Part shown: positions 63,001 through 64,000 of the stretch, piece by piece
Layout: each line of letters starts with the position of its first letter
Numbering within the stretch: position 1 is the stretch's first letter
From: a virus
Reading direction: 5' to 3' (one strand)
IMG/VR virus record: IMGVR_UViG_3300020192_000001
Location: 3,117 to 67,116 of that record
DNA: 64,000 bases
Translations under genes and position numbers: made by a program
The notes under the pieces: generated by a model
The model's input: the letters and a program-made list of their open reading frames with translations, nothing else
Databases searched by the model: none
Told to the model about the DNA's origin: nothing

Positions 63001-63355
63001 TAACTACGCCGCTTATCGTGGCAGCCGGGCCGAGTCCATCGAGACCGAACAGAACGCCGCCAAAGCCCGCATGATGATGTCGGGCAACGTGCGGGCACTC
63101 TACGACTTTTATTTCCGCAACCTTAGCCGACAGGACGAACTTACCCCGACCGACAAGCGCCGATTCGAGGCCGCACGGGGCTGGAAAACCCATGTCTGGA
63201 AGGATAAACGCCACCCCTCATCATACAGCACCAAGACGTTGCAAGCCGCCGCGCAGAAAAACAACAAAGGGCAGATTGCCACCCTCACCCGAGATTTGGA
63301 TACCGTTTCACAACCCTACGTTTCGCGCTTTCAAAATGCCGCTCAAGGTAAATAA
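54062..63355 (+). CDS. Giant (~3100 aa) polyvalent/internal virion protein
   Basis: HEFGH and HEIGH zincin motifs, ParB-like INPLIVV...VLEGAHRIDA, helical LPD38-like C-terminus, internal repeats. Confidence 0.8.
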   Translation: MAETEIDFYGDFVASGVKYKGLKGGKPLEESGVDFYGDFVANGVKYKGLQDEEMEEEEVPKFDSVVEGAYEDAKLPDYLRPLVPDGIEPGVDRVRQEVSRIGDRINLGISEFAPRANAAAAQALSLATRIPELPMSVVDAVSGTELVKGYQEKNTPGRMLAEEALRSTARAQEFSEAGKALGGGAEIPLVGGTAGDLLQEAIPTGLQAVMDIAFSGGTGAVKGLVAPAKTGLEYIIRNATSPAMKRVGALAGTQSGLSTLNQEMAQRMEKGAELFDAQGQAIPEAALVGVTTAVFTMLGGMTGAESVLKESGAQGLKQRIAAILKEGALQEAPEEMADEAGGQIASFIAEEFDASVEKAGTMAERLAAKVDVGQLAKAGLLGGIVGSGITGIGQSAEAIQGARGERIAEMIAPVVAEAAQSGASLTAEALVTKAKEAAAEPPPVEPAPTDEVDSVYVEPSLEEKKRGLQGLIDAEPEGSEVREQAEGELREIIAEEKKFQQEETNERSEPKQEPPVEPGEVATPQSGGVEANPPGETVVEGEGTGEEVGGEVPAVSKPAEQMGPEVKVATEGTEREQSAGLDVIASWDEDSMEHQKAVREFMRSRIAEKRPIFPNRSLGFEYAADNSGLPRGLPSAAVAIANLQPGDSIRWRGKQWAVDKTSKSQLTIKSGDVIVRIKPTGAKWEAFVRDMDGELIGHAHGALAPDLMRAWLRDPISNQAAFAPLTTEQNNEESISSETGTPQTIQPGSPPEVAGAAESQPSEQSGDGEGIRGGDENAVAKRVAREADARSRVAAFERENSPLYTGAMASHREAKVGSLGGGFEISLDEPNIILTDYAKLAESMADLGKRGIDPAGWLHLAIDEELSHVRDYNAESDKMDRRVLLDRLEQQLDAADFKALSLLRPTENGFHRMTELLRMIDQVRRLGTFSEAVFKDQNNGRLNEAIARVEEIAGRRFPASIEDHLAKMRQFEGAVAGTDEFSGQVQEDNGENEIEEEPPAPKKAPAPKAGPVISENLKKALDDEFAGLLAIAPNRLMAALPVPEPQAGIPQEKIPGFLNLANMMLGENIDTPEKMARVLQDQFKGRANKYSQSLWNAMAMVQPELNGVHDWNAVYDGLEANGEEGSQRVKSKIITYTTAGGETKTGILLPANSTITGGNAITREEITARTPFVQALRAGNRVESADRRVRFALKDNRVELRVPSARQTGGQFWRNPVLNSAMEGGQFVEKGAWMVGQVEDIDKTLKFLKDSDVAIYSFANTLPSGEGMDPVDSGINAVYGDGNAPLANTDAIRDTLRFRPLEESEIDGPLRARLELADQYFSSTVGTGPSGGLRRGNIRGMRTGMDEGPTSFSGFARGVEELFGKRVVFVAGLFEEIPSGFTFSTKFPETLFLNVEGKYPAAFLLGHEFGHSLQAGNSALYAELSDFILSKASDWSDYAKARLANYAVEKHPREFVNDFIGSQFNDATFWKELAGTDGNLFERTIRAAIAFLNSLKSRVSSMTRDVRPYFDNIEEVRRKLAEALLEYRRVGNLDATWGASSDVELVAGDQENTRHAALEAKFNAGTITEAETEEAKGLVDEAIVGAVRSMPKVVSGDTVDGLVVRDHTPNQGSVRASIDDPEFLGFREFPMSWLTTKAGKEQKLADAITESGEINPLIVVVSGSEEGPAYVLEGAHRIDALATLGKTSFPAQVVFDSSETAPFTGVPLAERFDPKSTDSRHATLEAKHNAGTITEAETAEAQALVDAAARTEAESIRDQFTGELLKHEHEYYGIRAIDGHIVKVGQKLRPSNVWNDGDKTREKLAGTSSVGITDYDNIKDLHEEITEAMNLMGISPRGFGRVTGNRYLGDQISLIGGPNSMGGEDIKESIIVNAKVVSVMDFPRSADPFTGVPLAERFDPKSDSTLRAIDPKLLAGPDRERFSITALVQLLREFGNYPTVNTRLVSSYGRFVGGALNAVQIRTRLLWDKPLAARVLGHEIGHFIDLAVRPEGKGKRFHVRWQPLVNFKKEIELRKTLKDAARALSRDMRGDFVKGDPYRDKPTELFADAMSAILTRPAWTKNNHPLIFGTFQRMLDGKPDFKKAYDDLTSFLRTGELDARVAEQLDDSIARSIEASADLADPKKTNLSQKLKQWLVSKWHRASQLEQERNISERKIDKLEDGELFAARVGAIISSDLKEKVQPFLDKISGGGMEARKVFGRWLTNNRVVKERRAAGQWLEQEPAKGIEVLQAIIDLDSRLEAKWQPQLDALKASPTGDGVYDFAAAMMREVSETAEKSASYLGRIEEALEKIGDNPGGQALLTAFNVRGMLLNPSGITPESAQAQLDSIEADLTPEEFTALQEAARNFFDIVHERMVAARRIGLISTDTWTEIIEPNRYNYVPFAVMDYFEGKVGAGIKAQYGTTKDIVDPYMAAQLKMGSLNHWMQRQMQVLYLQEIYDKAGMALLPTRKLKNSAELDKIRHEGRDDDTSRLTLWQDGKAWLIEFPEDPGKSFETASERPAFYQDLAAIYNVAFTLPQSLPLVGGKTIPIGRVPQYVLQTYTTLSPSFLFFRNVIRSLRTDANRIGWKARLKQTATGMGESYRLAANYAEAAFGGAMLPEVKRMVETSALPPPQISRAFYHDPALLNEMLLNGGITALQLGNSKAVTPWVKWRKLEKLSAILESQQKIQAYLATNSKTGNPALSTAVARRAGIPNPGVYGQYSQAFEMIFPWTRVMVQGLRSSLNVARDPELGKGFLARTMITEMIPRIAMYAIASGLISRWLTGGDDDDEDTSPLATLAEFFRRASPYKLAIDNLVPLGWYDPDTGEYHPLTATFGKRPSEIPQQWQAWSLRMPSSEEGKMWGGLLWNILSGTSEKIAMPGKGVIENAGSWLAGNSVQLSPVFNVAQQQFELWIQGRNSIDSFRNMPVANPDMYEAGGMDRVQANIGALFNQFSDLGGLFGGISQMLGLDPRALDPGKVRPGIPAALKSLPLRVFSFDNYAAYRGSRAESIETEQNAAKARMMMSGNVRALYDFYFRNLSRQDELTPTDKRRFEAARGWKTHVWKDKRHPSSYSTKTLQAAAQKNNKGQIATLTRDLDTVSQPYVSRFQNAAQGK
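54080..54208 (+). repeat. N-terminal coding duplication
   Basis: DFYGDFVASGVKYKGL / DFYGDFVANGVKYKGL. Confidence 0.8.
58719..59767 (+). repeat. Two tandem modules with conserved flanks and unrelated cores
   Basis: Left flank ~58719-58802 and 59217-59300; 42-bp identical right flank 59168-59209 and 59726-59767. Confidence 0.85.
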
Positions 63356-63374
63356 TCACCCAAACCCAAAAACC

Positions 63375-63494
63375 ATGAACAAACCAAAGCAACCCGCATC
63401 CGCACCGAAACCCATTCAATCTGCTTCCGCGCCCAAGGCGACCGTGAAGCCATGGGGCGACCGCCATCGCGACAGCCTCAAGAAGAGCAAGTAA
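63375..63494 (+). CDS. Small basic peptide
   Basis: MNKPKQPASAPKPIQSASAPK... Confidence 0.35.
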   Translation: MNKPKQPASAPKPIQSASAPKATVKPWGDRHRDSLKKSK

Positions 63495-63498
63495 AGGC

Positions 63499-64000
63499 GT
63501 GCAGCCTTGCATTGTCACCCTCGGGCGACACGGCGACATTTTGAACTCCCTCGGCATTGCCTGGGAGATTTTTTCGCGCACAAAGCAGCCGGTAGGCTTT
63601 CTTGTCGCGCAGGAATTCGCTTCCACCCTGGATGGCGCATCCTACGTGCGCCCGATTCAATGGCCGGGCGATTACAGCCAGCTTCAACCTGCCGTCGAAC
63701 GCATCCGCTCCGGCGGATGGCTCCCCGTCCTCGCGCAAGCCTACGGCAGCCCGGCCTACGAGGAACGCCGCACGCAATCCTATCAGCGAGAAGCCTGGCG
63801 CGTGGCTGGGATGCTGGAGCACTTCGGCACCATGCCCCTCGTGCTGGACCAGCGCGACCCTGAGCGCGAGTCCGAACTTGTAAAAAAAGTCCTACCAGAT
63901 TCAAAGCCGTTCATCCTCCTTTGCTCTTCCGGCGTTTCCTCTCCCATCCCTAAACTCAACGGGCTCGCCGACACCCTGCGGGCTCAACTCCCCGGCCACA
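63499..64000 (+). CDS. Glycosyltransferase, GT9-like (3' partial)
   Basis: GTG start; IVTLGRHGDILNSL motif; open to the window end. Confidence 0.65.
   Translation, partial: MQPCIVTLGRHGDILNSLGIAWEIFSRTKQPVGFLVAQEFASTLDGASYVRPIQWPGDYSQLQPAVERIRSGGWLPVLAQAYGSPAYEERRTQSYQREAWRVAGMLEHFGTMPLVLDQRDPERESELVKKVLPDSKPFILLCSSGVSSPIPKLNGLADTLRAQLPGH

Larger units (their letters stand above)
1..64000. mobile_element. Tailed dsDNA phage/prophage genome segment (whole window)
   Basis: Terminase, portal, capsid, endolysin, RusA, helicases and phage MTases present; dense co-oriented genes; no host housekeeping genes. Confidence 0.95.

Noticed and set aside
1-64000. Integron integrase or any tyrosine/serine recombinase
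   Set aside because: No ORF shows the R...HxxR...Y or serine-recombinase motifs. One may exist outside the window.

Overview
The window is 64 kb of a tailed dsDNA phage or prophage genome, almost all on the + strand. It contains a glycosyl/methyltransferase cluster (8.8-12.1 kb), packaging and virion genes (TerL, portal, scaffold, major capsid, fibre; 12-31 kb), a lysis region with a CHAP endolysin, a divergent pair of ribbon-helix-helix regulators, recombination/replication genes (35-47 kb), a candidate TerS with origin/packaging region, and a ~3100-aa polyvalent protein. The main discovery is three arrays of integron-type gene cassettes (1-8542, ~37.9-40.85 kb, 47.5-50.5 kb) with about 29 attC sites and no integrase in the window. 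The attC sites are oriented on the minus strand, so the phage reads the cassettes backwards. The 7-bp ends of each cassette are reverse complements, as expected for IntI-mobilised circles. At all 30 junctions checked, the crossover AAC is an in-frame codon of a + strand ORF, and most attC loops carry the upstream stop and the downstream start (several with a clear RBS). This would let cassettes be reshuffled without breaking translational coupling. Seven cassettes carry bacterial-style genes in the canonical (minus) orientation, overlaid by open antisense + strand ORFs. Other points of note: a full tRNA-Met(CAT)-like gene inside a CDS, a TTGCAA-N5-TTGC motif before late genes, and repeat-flanked variable modules in the giant protein. 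All product calls rest on motifs read by eye; no database searches were run.
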